Shown piece by piece: positions 12,702-25,616 of a DNA stretch of 64,000 nucleotides. Numbering within the stretch: the stretch's first letter is position 1; every line of letters begins with the position of its first letter. The DNA comes from Utricularia gibba. Lineage: Eukaryota > Plantae > Magnoliophyta. The stretch lies in the NCBI GenBank assembly GCA_002189035.1, contig CM007989.1, forward strand, positions 7,502,001-7,566,000, in the 5' to 3' direction. The notes beneath the pieces are model-generated. The model saw only the letters and a program-made list of their open reading frames with translations, made no database searches and was not told where the DNA came from. The position numbers were made by a program, and so were the translations under genes.

Positions 12702-14473
12702 ATGGCGGAAAAGGATGGCTTTAATGGTTCTGGGTTCACCATAAAAGCCTTTGAGGTTCCCCAGAGTTTTGGGGTGGAGCCAACAATCGAACCGACAGAT
12801 CAACGAGGTGGCGGATCAGTTGCTCCACCCCCTCCTGCATCCACGGCAGATAAAAAGAAGAAGAGGGGAAGGCCGAGAAAATACGAAGCTGATGGGTCAA
12901 TGGTGACATTGTCGCCGGTTCCTATTTCAGCATCCATACCGTTTACTGGTGAATATGCATCCTGGAGAAGCTCGTTTGAGAAGAAGTACACGTCGGAATT
13001 TGGAGGTTCAGGTATATTCTGCTGTTTTCTTCCTCCTTTCTGGCTTTTGCGTTGTGGTCATTGGAGCAGGTATATGTTGTATATGAATAGAGATGTGGCC
13101 CTTTCCAGGCGAGTTCCCTGGAAAGATGTGTATGAGGGTTGAGTGATCAAGTTGTGTGGATAGGGACAGATATAAAACATTGTTCAAGTGGCTTTCTACC
13201 TGATTGCAGTATGAGTAACCTGAGGGATGCTCTGAGAAAATGGGACCTGATATTCATAGTTGATGTGACCAGACATAAGCTTTGTCCTTTATTCAATAAT
13301 GAACTTGTTCTCTCGTTCTTCTTTTCTGTGTGTAGAAGTTGTTCCATAGGAGGCTTTTAGACTCTTAAGTTTTAAATAAGAAACCTAAATTCAGCTTATT
13401 TATACTTACAAGATCTTAATTATGTTATCAGTATTTCTGCCATTTGGGTAAAAATCTGAAAACCAGGAATTTGAGTGTTTCTGATATTTCTGCCATTCGG
13501 ATAAAGCCCAGAAATTTGAATGTTTCTGATATGTTGCAGTAGGTATAGTGTCCCCTGCTGTTGGAGGGCTCATGCCCCACATCCTCATCGTTAATCCTGG
13601 CGAGGTACTCTTGGATATGCCTTTTACAAGTCATTTCTTGATGATTATTTTTTGAGATTTCTTACTTTTTTTTGCTTTAGCAGCTCTAGTTATATAATTA
13701 TGCCCTTGGATCTTGCAATTAACGTTTTAGTTGCCATGGCCAGGATGTGATGAAGAAGGTATTATCCTTCTCACAACGAGGAAACCATGCAGTTTGCATT
13801 TTAGCTGCGCATGGTTTTATCTCAAATGTTACACTACGTCAACCAAGCTCTTCAGGTGGTACATTAACGTACGAGGTGTGGATTTGTTCAAGTGAAACAA
13901 CATATTTGTATAGTTCATTGCCCCCTTTTTCATTATTAGTATTCTGCACTCCACAGGGGGTTTTCGAAATCCTTTCACTCACAGGATCATTCATGCTTAA
14001 CGATGATGGAGTCACTAAAGTTAGATCAGGTGGCATGAGTGTTTTGCTTGCCGGCCCTGACTGCCGTGTGTTGGGCGGAGGACTTGCCGGTATCCTCATT
14101 GCATCTGGTCCCGTTCAGGTTAGCAGATTGAATTGTCATGACCACAGACACCAGAACGAAACATGTATCTCCTCTGATGTACTCCACTTTTGATTTTTGT
14201 CTACAGCTTGTCATTGGCAGCTTCGTTCCTATGGAACAGGTGGATCGAAAGCCTAAGAAACACAACAGTGAGTACACAATCTCATTTGCTGCTCCAGGCA
14301 CAACTGATCTTACTTCTGAAGAGAGATTTCAGTCTGTGTACAATGCAACGAAGACCAGCTTCGCTTCATCTGCTCCAATAGCCTTGGAGAACAGTCACAG
14401 AACATCACTCCTGGGAAATATGGCTTCCTCAGGACAGGCGTCCAGAGAGCAAAACCATGACATAGGATGCTGA
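12702..14473 (+). CDS. AT-hook motif nuclear-localized protein (AHL, intron-containing clade B), 5 exons
   Basis: AT-hook KKKRGRPRKY; PPC/DUF296 domain PHILIVNPGE|DVMKKVLSFSQRG...TLTYE|GVFEILSLTGSF...LGGGLAGILIASGPVQ|LVIGSF. Confidence 0.92.
13433..13530. repeat. Imperfect ~45-52 bp tandem duplication in AHL intron 1
   Basis: Two units tatttctgccatt...aatttga(g/a)tgtttctga immediately upstream of the exon-2 acceptor. Confidence 0.6.
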
Positions 14474-14689
14474 GTGTAAGATTTATTTTTTGTTGTGATT
14501 TTCCATTGACCTGGTTTGTATTTGTGGCATAAGCTAGAGACTTTTAGTTTTTGGTCCAGAATGCGTGGCACCCAGATCATGATTCCCCTGTTAACCAAAA
14601 CACTATCAAACTGCGCATTGGGTTCTGTAATATTTTTTTCTAAGGTGATTCCAGTAGCAGCTTCATTGTTCCAATCAGCAAAACCATTC

Positions 14690-16276
14690 AGAAATGAACC
14701 AAAAATCTTTCCAATCTTCTCAGCTTGCTTGAACGCTGACCTGGTAAATAGAACAGGGGGTAGGCTTGATTTACTAAATACTTCAAGGCCCACGCAGAAA
14801 CTTCAACTACAGAGAGGTTTCACAGCAATAACAAGAGTCATCAGCAACTTTTTTCCCAGGGATAACTCTTTTCCCATCTGGTTTTCTCATTTTCAACTCT
14901 TCCACTACCAGACCATTTGGAAAGGAATGTTTCGGGTTCTCTGGATCCTGTCCTATCAACTTTCCATCTGACACTAGCCACGGCTATAAGCATATGATCA
15001 TACAAAGAGACCAGAGGGAGAAAATGCTAGATGTTAAAAATTCAGTAGGTGAAGATATCAAATGCAGGAGAGAAACTCACTTTTCCAATAATGCTTTTGG
15101 ATTGTGCAAGGATGGAACTGCAGGATGGTCCTCAACAACATGACTTCTCATCTTCATGGCCTTGTTCCTTCTTCGTCAACTTTTTCAGAATCAGCATCAC
15201 ATGTTGTGGTTTCTCTATGTTTTAATCAACTCATATCATGCTACATGGGCAATACCAGCGACTAGTGGAAGATTCAACAATGGTTCTCAAGCTCAGTAGA
15301 ATTCATCTATTAACTGGGAAATATTACCAAGCTTGCACGTTTGCAATCTTGGCCAGGATCACTGATGTTTCTTTTCAAGATTGCTTCTCAGGTTACATCA
15401 TCCCTTTTATCCCCAACTTATCACCAGCAACCATATCATGGGTCTCCTTTCGCTTCAGATCAGGTTCTGAAGAACTAAATTTATTTTCCAAGGAAGAGAA
15501 GGGGAAGCCATCTTCAGATTCACCTTCAGAGACAGCAATGGCTTTTCCAGTGCTGACAACAATTTGTTTGCAGTTGTCTTTTTGATCCTTTTATTTGAAT
15601 TCTTAGTCATGCCATCTTCACTAGGTTTTTCATTATCAACAATTTCATAGACTCTTAGACAAAGTTGACTCTTTGGCATCACCAAATCACAGAGCAAAGT
15701 AAATTGAATATCAATATTGAACTACATAAGCTGTTGATCCAGATTCAGTGAAAAAAAAGTCCTGCTGAGGATCACAAGATCGAAGGGATCTGCTCAAGAA
15801 ATGCATGCACTCATCATCATCACCATCACCATGTTGTACACTTTGACAAGACAAGGGTTAAAGAAATAGCAGCATGTAAACATGAAAGGTTTTGCTGTAA
15901 ATCAAGAAGAGAGTTGCATGCCATCACAATGGTTAAAGGATACGAGCCATATTCATCTCCCTGATAATCCCGATCCCCATTATCTCCACAAAAGAAGCCA
16001 GATAAATACACACTACAAATGCCAACAACTGTGAAGGTGACTTCGTCATCCTCTTCAAACTCAAGGTTTTACGCGCAAGTCTCGATCTTTTCAGGCAACA
16101 ACGAACACAAGTAAATGGGCTTTTTATTTCAAACCTTACACTGCACAATAATCTTCTCAGCCGACGAACCAGCACCTATAGTTGCCTAAAGATTAACACA
16201 AACTAAATTACACGCACGGGTTGAAGTAACACGGATTCACTTCCCCAAGATAGAATACAGAACCCCAGAAGGCCAT
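14690..16276 (-). pseudogene. FKBP53: Decayed FKBP53/FKBP43-type nucleoplasmin-domain peptidyl-prolyl isomerase
   Basis: MAFWG start at 16276; exon ATIGAGSSAEKIIVQCKV*NKKPIYLCSLLPEKIETCA*NLEFEEDDEVTFTVVGICSVYLSGFF with TGA at 16129-16131 and TAA at 16069-16071; acidic linker remnants (EGESEDGFP); FKBP start SFPNGLVVEELKMRKPDGKRVIPGKKV at ~14848-14926, then frameshifted KL-KIGKIFGS; rest of the FKBP domain not found. Confidence 0.88.
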
Positions 16277-16792
16277 AGTCGTCCTTGAGCAAACTCAGCA
16301 GTTGCTAAACCATGCTTTCATGAATTTCCGTTTAGCCCTCAAAAAATTACATTTTGAAGGTAAACCCCCATGCTTTTATTCTCTTCTCAGATATCCCACT
16401 TCTCTGTTTTGCGCGTGTTTTAAACGTCGGCGCGGTAGCCACCGGCGACGGCGAAAAAAATTAATTTTTCGGCGTTTTCAGTAGCATTAGATTATTAGTA
16501 CGGCCAATATTTTGGGAGTACGGTCTGTCTGTCAACGTAGGCCTTGTTACAGAAGGGCGTGTGACCTTCGATCATATGACAATGGAGTTCCTGTCTATTC
16601 TCTTCCCGACAGCGTTCTGCGGGGTGGGTGGTTAATTCTTTTCGCCCAGAAACACCTCATTGAGAAGCAATGTATCAAATGAAGATTGCAGAAAACCTTT
16701 CAAGGCAACTAATTAGAAGTCTACATGGTTGACGAGGATAACAAAAGAAATGGACGAAGTGTCATCTTACATCCTCCACCATTGGCGGTGAT

Positions 16793-19140
16793 TCAGCTGC
16801 AAAGTTCAGACAAAATGATCTCCATGGATGGCCTTTCATCAGGGCACTCGTTGGTGCACCACACAGAAAGTTTGGAAAGCAGTGCAGCTTCAGACTCGCA
16901 AACCTGCCCATGGAGATTTGCATCCACAAAATCGAGGCTACCGGACTCGGCCGATCCACGCGTGGATGCGGCGAAGTTCAACTTTCCAGAGAGAATCTGA
17001 AAAACAAGCACCCCGAACGCGTAAATGTCACTTTTTTCGGTGAAACGGCCAGTGGTGGTGTATTCAGGGGCGAGATATCCCATCGCAGCACTGGCTTTCA
17101 GGGCGGAGAAGACGGTGTCGTTGGTAAGAATCTTGTAGAGACATGAGTCAGAAAGCATTGGCTTTGAGTTGTCGTCGATGAACACATTCTTGGCTGAGAT
17201 GTTTTGGTGAACAAGAGAAGGCTTGTTCACCTTGGAACTGTGCAGGTACTCGATACCTGCTCAGATTCAAAAGAGAATGATAAGATAAATGTACAAGAAA
17301 GCATGGAGGAAACCTCATATTTGCAGAACAAACCTTTGGCGATGCCTTTGACAATGGAAACTCTGGTGTTCCAGTCAAGAATTCTGCTGTCTCCATCGTT
17401 GAGGTCAAGGTGCTGAAACAGGCTTCTGCTAGGAATCAAATCATAGACAAGGAAGCATAATCCACGCCCCTTGGAGCAACAGAAGCCTCGCAACTTGACC
17501 AGATTTTCATGCTTCAAAGAAGTGAGCATATAGAGTCCTTTCAAGAACTCGGCTTCTTCAGACTTGCAGCAACTCTTTGTGATTTTCTTAACAGCCACAG
17601 CAGATCCATCTCTCCAGGTTCCTTTGTATGTCACTGAGTAGTTGCTCTTTCCGAGGAAATTCTTCTCAGCAAAATACTGAGTCGCATTCTCCACCTCCTG
17701 GAGATTAAGCCTGAAGTTCTTCATAACTTCCTGTGAGAATCCAAAACGCCGGTCCTCAGCAAGAGGATCCCACCCACTGGAATACTCCAAACTAACAAGG
17801 GGGGAGCCGTTTTTGTCATAAAACTCATTGCTGTTATCTGTGCTGGGTCGGCTGTTCCTCGTGTCGCAGGAACCTCCAAGTTTCTGCAACCGCATCTTGT
17901 GTACTGAGAAAAGTACTGTTCCCACAACCAATACAACAAAGGCAAATACTACAAATCCCAGCGCCACGGAAGCCTGTGGAGCTTTGGATCCCTCTGAGCA
18001 AGAATTCCCAGTGCAATTCAAGTTCAAGTCAGCTGTTTCGGGGATGTTACGAGAGGGAACTCCACTCGACCCTCCTGAGTAATAGGGCTCCGGCATTTGG
18101 GAATCAGGTCGAACGGAATCACTACAGGTTCTCAGCAACGGAAATCCAGAACCACATAAACCAGGGTTATTTTCGTACCGGAATCCATCGACCAGCCTCT
18201 TCAATGCTTCAAGCAGGACACAAGAAAAATGTCACAATCTACTGGAAAAGTTGTCAATGAGAAAAGAACTGCGCAGAAAGTTACTCATGTTAAATCAAAT
18301 TTTCGATTTTTACCCAGAGGCACGTTTCCAGACAGAGAGTTGTTTCGGACATCGAGGATTGCAAGCATCTGAGCTTCCGCTAGTTTGGAGGGAATCGATC
18401 CAAAGAGACGATTAACACTCAGGTCAAGTCTCATCAAGGCTGGCATGTCTCCTAAGCTAGCAGGGATTGCGCCAGTCAACAGATTGGATTGCAGAGCAAG
18501 CACATTGAGCTTGTTCAAAGAACCAAGCTGATTCGGTATACTCCCAGTGAACTGGTTATAGCAGAGCTGCAAAACTACATTTTGGGAAAAAGGAGAACAA
18601 CTAAAATCAGTTCTCATACCCCATGATTGGAGTTCTCCAAAAAAAGATCGAAACTTTACGAGGAAGCTACTCTTATAAAACAGAAGGGTGGTTTTTTGCA
18701 TGCTTAAACTACGAATCTACCTTGCAAACTCTGCATGCTTCCAAGTGCAGCCGGAATCCCCCGGAAAGATTATTCACATTCAAGTATAAATCACTGAGCT
18801 CGGACAAGTTGGCAACTTCCACAGGTATTTCTCCATATAGAGAATTATAATGCAGATACAAACCGGTTAATTGTTTCAGCCCACCGACTGCCGGCGACAG
18901 TCTCCCTGCGAGCCCTCTTCCTTGGAGTGAAATGTTAACCACCTGCCCTTGCTCATTGCAAGCCACACCCTCAAAAGTGCCTCCACATGGGTCACCGGAA
19001 GCCACCCACGAACCCAAATGAAGATTTTCAGGGTCAAGGCTCGCCTTCAAGTCGAGTAACGAAGCCAACTCAGAAATGCAGTCGGCTGAGGAGATCCCAA
19101 CGAAGATAAGAGCGAGTAACAGCAACGGGGAGGAACCCAT
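16793..19140 (-). CDS. LRR receptor-like kinase (LRR-IV-like), atypical kinase domain; -1 frameshift in exon 1 as assembled
   Basis: Signal peptide, LRRNT WxxxxDPC, LRRs LxLxxNxLSG, TM ASVALGFVVFAFVVLVVG, kinase with HQNISAKN and SDS in place of HRD and DFG, GYLAPEYTTTGRFTEKSDIYAFG. G5 run at 18758-18762 is one base short of restoring LSGGIPAALGSMQSLQ|V. Confidence 0.9.
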
Positions 19141-21174
19141 GTCTAGAAATGGAATCTCACAAAACCGTCTTCTTCTAGAGTTGCAAAGCTTGCCTCCTGA
19201 ATGGCCCTTTTTGAAAAAAACGAATTGGAATCACCGGTGCGCAGACAAAGAGAGAAAAGAAAAGCGACCACTACAAAGTTCACGCCTCAACAGGTCAACA
19301 CCAAAAACAGAGTTAGAAGAAGCTCAGCTCAGGCTCCCTTCCCCTCCTCGTTCAGATGTGCCATGTACAGTACGCGAATTCTCCATAAAGCAAGGGAATC
19401 GTGACAAAAGCAGCCAGCCCCGTTAGCCACCCTGTTGTAAAGAGAGAGAATTTGGCCGTATGGAGATTCGCAACGCGAGGAGGAGAAATAACAACCGTAG
19501 GATGAAAGTATAAGAGGATCTCCGACCGTAGATCAAGAACTGTAGTAATTAATATAAAGGTGGCGTCAGAACGGCAAAAGGACTGCTCCTCCTTTTTTTT
19601 CTTTGTAGTAAATGCTGCGGGACGTGGTGGTGGAGCCGTGGTGGCCGGAGGAGAAGGTCGTCAGGGACGAATATGTGAATTCCCGGACAAGATGGGGGCT
19701 CCCATGTCATTTCCACATCCTGCGCTTTATTGAGGTGTCAGAGAGTCTGCAGAAGCTACCACCCCACACCCCAACTAACACTCTACAGTAACTGGCTTAA
19801 TTACCACTTCCATTTCGAATTCAAATCCTCTTTAGAATGTTCAGATCATCGTCTCTCCCACACAGATTAAGGCTGCTAAGCATGGTATCAGTCCCTGCTC
19901 CCCATAAGACCTTCGACAGACACGTGCAGGGACAAAGCGCTGTCCTCAGAGAGGAGCCCAGCACCGCCACTTGCCGGCTCAAGGCTCCTTTCCCTCTTTA
20001 TGCTAAGGAGCTCTCCAGCTTTCTTTGCAGTAATGCTCTGGAAAAAGTTTTCAAAAAAACAAGCCCTTCTTTCTTTCGCGCCTTTCTATCTATCATCTAT
20101 CCATCCTCTTCAAAAGCTGATTGCTTGGAAACAGATCCAAACAGCAATGAATGCACTTGCTAATATTGATTAATGTGGGCTCAGACTCTGTGATGCATGT
20201 AATGCGGGTGTCCTTTTAACCTCGGAAGACGCTTCCCTTCGACCAGGTGGTCCTCTTCATCCCTTCCATCTACCGCCCGCACCCCGCAGTCATTCCACAC
20301 CACCTCCGCTCACCAATGATTTCATTCCTCCCAAACCCATCAGTACGGACGACGACCCCATGTTGTGTGGGGTGAAACTCATGTACCAGAAGAAGTAAAC
20401 CCCGTGGGGATAGCCTTTACAAAGAACCCCTCCCTCTGGAACACACCCGCTCCAAAGGCATCCAACTCTTGGTGTAGGTGTTGTACATACCAATCATTTT
20501 GTTAACCCCAAGGGTGAGTTTGGTAGAATGTATTACTACAAAAGTCACAATCTTTTAAATGTATGATGGAGTTGAGTATATTGTGATTGGAATGATTTTG
20601 AAAAATACCTTGTGTAAATTGAGCATATGAGAAATCTATTCATCATGTGTACATTTTTTTGTATGTGGTGTGTGCGATAGAAATGAAGATTAAGTAAATT
20701 TAAAAACAGTCCCTTGTGTATGCATAATTCATCACGATTTGGAAGATATTATATGAGAATCAAATTGTGCACCATTTGGTATATGAACATTCGATGAATT
20801 TGAACATACTCCAAAAATACAAATGAGCACTTAGAAAATCCAAAATTTCACATCATTTTATAACACTACCCATGTTTTACAAGTCGAAAATCAATTTCAC
20901 ATCAGGTATAAAATTTGTTCTCAGTATGTCATAAATAATAAAAGCATGATGATATTTTCCTAGAGTTTGGCATGATTTATTGAAAAGGTAGTTTTGATAA
21001 TTGATTTTATTAAATATTGATAAATCATTGATTTATTAATTGATAGAATAAGTTTAAAAGCTCATACACATTAAGAAAATCAATTATTAATAGAAAATAA
21101 AATTGTTAAATGAAACCATTATTTTCATATTAATATTTATTAAAAAAGTTAAAATAATATGAGTACAATTGAAA

Positions 21175-21307
21175 AGCCCAATAGCTAATACGTCATTTGC
21201 CCAGCTCAAAAGATTGTTCCTCTTCGTATAATGGGCTTGCAAAAAGCCCATGTATTAGAGAATGGGCTTTGTGATCGGAGTCTAGACGGATAACCCTAGG
21301 TATATAG
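21175..21307 (+). promoter_or_regulatory. Site II (TGGGCY) cluster + telo-box + TATA in the RPS20 promoter
   Basis: AGCCCA at 21175 and 21245, TGGGCT at 21232 and 21263, AACCCTAG at 21292, TATATAG at 21301. This is the standard arrangement in plant ribosomal-protein promoters. Confidence 0.7.
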
Positions 21308-21495
21308 ATGATCGGGGAGGATCTGGTCGCCATAGTTACCTGCTGTTTCGACGAGCTGCGCCGCCGGTCTCTGTGTTTTCAATTTGGTACGGTTTTTGGT
21401 GGTGAATTGTTGTGAGAGTTTTGGTTTTGTTCAACAATTCGAACGACGCGTTGATTTCTGAGCGGCATCTCCTGCAGGGGCGATTTTAAGAGAAT

Positions 21496-22275
<780 letters not shown>

Positions 22276-24452
22276 GGCCGCCGTCCATGTGGCTTGTACA
22301 CCCTGTTTTGGGTGTCACCCCGCATTTCACGTAGGCATTTCCCTCCCTATATCCGTTTGCTCCTCTTCTCGCATGCCCTCTTCGTTTGCCCCCTTAATCT
22401 TGGCTCTAATGGATTGTATGATGTCAGAGAGGTATTCAATTTCGGTCATAAGAGTCCGCGACTGCATATTTGTGTTGATGTTCACCGAAGTTGGGCCGGG
22501 TGGGGTCATACAACTTAATTTGGGTCATTATTGGGCTTTGATTTTTTCTGCAATCCTGCTAGCCCAAAATACACGTAGAACAATGGAACATAATTTGAAA
22601 AACAAAAAAGTTGTGTTTTTTGATTGATTGAAGATGTGTTCAAAGGTTGTTTTGAATAGATTTTATTTAATTTATTATATGAATTTAAATGAGATTAATT
22701 TATTTAAACCTAGTTAATCTCATATTTTTACTTATTAACTACAATTATGTTAAAAATTAATCAGTTTTCACCAATTATATCCAAACAAATTAAATCTTTT
22801 ATAGCATAATCACAACACTTCATAAAAGTTAGATTATGTAAATAATTCTATTAGGCATGTTTTTTATTATTTCAGAAATGATTAATTATGCTACTCTAAA
22901 AAAGATTACTATTATTTAATAATAGTTAGTATGAATATTCTGATAATTTTCAATATAAAAATGAATAATAACCACTTATTACTTAAATAATATCTTTTAA
23001 TATAAAAGTAAAGTAAACTAAGGCTATATTTAGTATAACTTCTCGAAAATCATTTATTAAAAAATAATTTTAAAAAAATTAAAAGTTGAGGTTTACACCT
23101 TTTTAAGAATAAGAAACAATGATTTTAAAACAGTTATTTCATCACAACCTCAATCTGAAAAAATAAGGATACGGACAAGGTTTGTCTGTCTTAACCCTAG
23201 CTGCTGCGAAAGGGTTCAGTTGATTGGCTGGAACTCGCTACCGGATTGGAGCGTGGCGTCGAGTTCAGACAGCGGGGGAGTTTAGAAATCAGTAGCCAGG
23301 AGCAGTAGGCACTCGTCCTCAAAGGTATGTAGTTGAACACAGAGCCACCGAGTGGTGAACAGGCTTCACGTTCATTGCATTACAGCGAATGATGGGGAGA
23401 TATGCTTTTGAAATACAGACATCGTATTCATACTTTATACACGTGCTTCATTCACTACGGACTTCAGACAGACGCACATTTGTGTTCTCTGGATGTGGGG
23501 GAGATGGTTCTGCTTTGGGGTTCTTCCTCGAGAAACATGCACCACACATGTCTCACTTCTACTGCCTGAGCGAACAAGAACACCTATTGGGGTCAGTGTT
23601 GTGTAATGATGAAGGTTTGTGGGGGAGGATTCTCTGCGAAGGCAAACTGAGGAGCTGCTGTTAAGCTGATGCCAGGAGGAAGGCTTGCCTTTGTCTGTTG
23701 TCCCTCCTAAACGTGCGTTGTGCACACAGACAGTGCATTATGGGGTTTGTGTTGGAAGGGAACACAGATTAGGGTTCATTGTGCAACTCGGTTCATTAGC
23801 CAGCTGCATTGTCTGTGGCGTTGATGCGGAGCATGAAGGGAAGCTTGTGAAAAGCTTAATCTAGTGTTTGTTTACTACAAAACACAGTAATGACGTGATA
23901 TATTAATCTGCACCTGTTCTCATTTGATAGGATTGTTGTAAATCGAATACCAAAAAGAAGAAATAAGGCAAACGTTATACTAAAGGATTTCTCAATCCCT
24001 CACCCAATCTTTAGCTAAACACTCACGATTTGGATTCATGGAGCAGCAGCATTCTGTGCGTGCCTTCATCTGGATGGTTCATCCCTTCCTTTATGTCTTT
24101 CTCTGCTGATACACTTGCTGCTGGCACTGCAATCCACCCCAATTCTGGAGCCAACTTTTACTTGCGAGCCTTTAGCTTCCCCCACCACAAGCAGTGCCTG
24201 TCAGTGGCAATCCATTAGGGTTTTCTTTCTCTTTCATGATCTTATCATCACTCATGTCTCTGCTTGTGAGTGTGTATATATACCTCCTGTCCTTCTCTCT
24301 TTCTTCTTCCATCTTCCCCCCTCCTGCTGGATCCTAACTCGTCCTTTCGTTCTGCACCTCAGCTTAATCTCAAAGGTCTACTTCTCTTCCCCGTCCATAA
24401 TACATCGCATAATAACTTCCTGTTGATTGCTGATGGGTTGGTTTCAAACAGG

Positions 24453-25616
24453 ATGAACGCCCTTTCGCAGGTTCCTCCAGGCTTCAGATTCCACCCAACA
24501 GATGAAGAACTGGTTGATCATTACCTGAGGAGGAAGGTTTCATGTCGCCAATTAGATATTGACGTCATCAAAGACGTCGATCTCTACAAAATCGAACCTT
24601 GGGATCTCCAAGGTACCAACATAAGCTGGCATGTTAATCCCCTGTGAATTTTTGGTCTCAGTTCGTGACCGGGGCTTCTTGTGTCTGTAATGGTGTTTCA
24701 AGAGCTTTGCAGAACAGGAATTGGAACCGAGGAGCAGAATGAGTGGTACTTCTTTAGCCATAAGGACAAGAAATATCCCACGGGGACGAGGACAAATCGA
24801 GCGACAGCAGCCGGGTTTTGGAAGGCAACCGGGCGAGATAAAGCCATTTACTCCAAGCATGACTTGATTGGGATGAGAAAGACTCTTGTGTTCTACAGAG
24901 GGAGAGCTCCCAATGGCCAGAAATCGGATTGGATTATGCATGAATATCGTCTTGAAGCAGATGAGAAGAGAGCTCCTCAGGCAAGCGTCATGTTCCTTCA
25001 ACAACTGCGTAGCTTTGGGTTTCAAAATTAGGAGTTCCACCTTTGATTCATGCAGGAGGAAGGGTGGGTTGTCTGCAGGGTCTTCAAGAAAAGAACAGCA
25101 GCAATGCGCAAATGCAGCGAGCACGATTCGCCTCTTTGGTATGACGACCACGTCTTCTTCATGGATTCACCAAGGCAAACATCTCAGACAAATGCCGTCT
25201 ACCATAGCATTTCTTACAAGGGGGAATTGGACTCCTTACAACAATACAGTGGAAACGCCAATGGGTTGGAACTTGATCACTTCATCCAGCTTCCGCTTCT
25301 GGAGAATCCTAAGATGAGGACGCCACCGGGTGTCAACTGCACCTCAGTTCCATGCATGGAGATGATCAGTGCAACGAGTAGTCGCTTCCGAGTTATCACA
25401 TCGGTTTCAACAAAAAATAAGGATTGGAGGGTTCTTGACAAGTTTGTTGCTTCTCAGCTCAGCCACGACCATGTCGCCAAGGGAAACGAGGTGTTCGATG
25501 TGGTTAACGAATTGAATCTTGTCCATGGAAACATGAAGAACCAACAAGTTTCCATGGACACCGCTTCAACTTCTTCCTCATTCCACCAGGTTCATCATCT
25601 CTGGAAGTCAAGCTAG
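24453..25616 (+). CDS. NAC transcription factor, VND/VNS type (VND4/5/6-like), 3 exons
   Basis: [15 protein letters not shown]...EPWDLQ|ELC...[33 protein letters not shown]...PQ|[12 protein letters not shown]; C-terminal LPLLENPK and [14 protein letters not shown] motifs typical of VNS proteins. Confidence 0.93.

Noticed and set aside
19837-20493. ORFs of 108 aa (+) and 67 aa (-) and a Pro-rich frame between LRR-RLK and RPS20
   Set aside because: Non-ATG or weak starts, no recognisable domain or signal peptide, no convincing exon chain.
20520-20960. Possible decayed PIF/Harbinger transposase traces (FLYVV, NPKF)
   Set aside because: Only 4-5 residue resemblances among many stops; cannot be supported without a profile search.
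23600-23672. Box C/D snoRNA candidate (ATGATGA...CTGA...CTGA)
   Set aside because: No terminal stem and no rRNA/snRNA-complementary guide recognised; mentioned only within the orphan-transcript finding.
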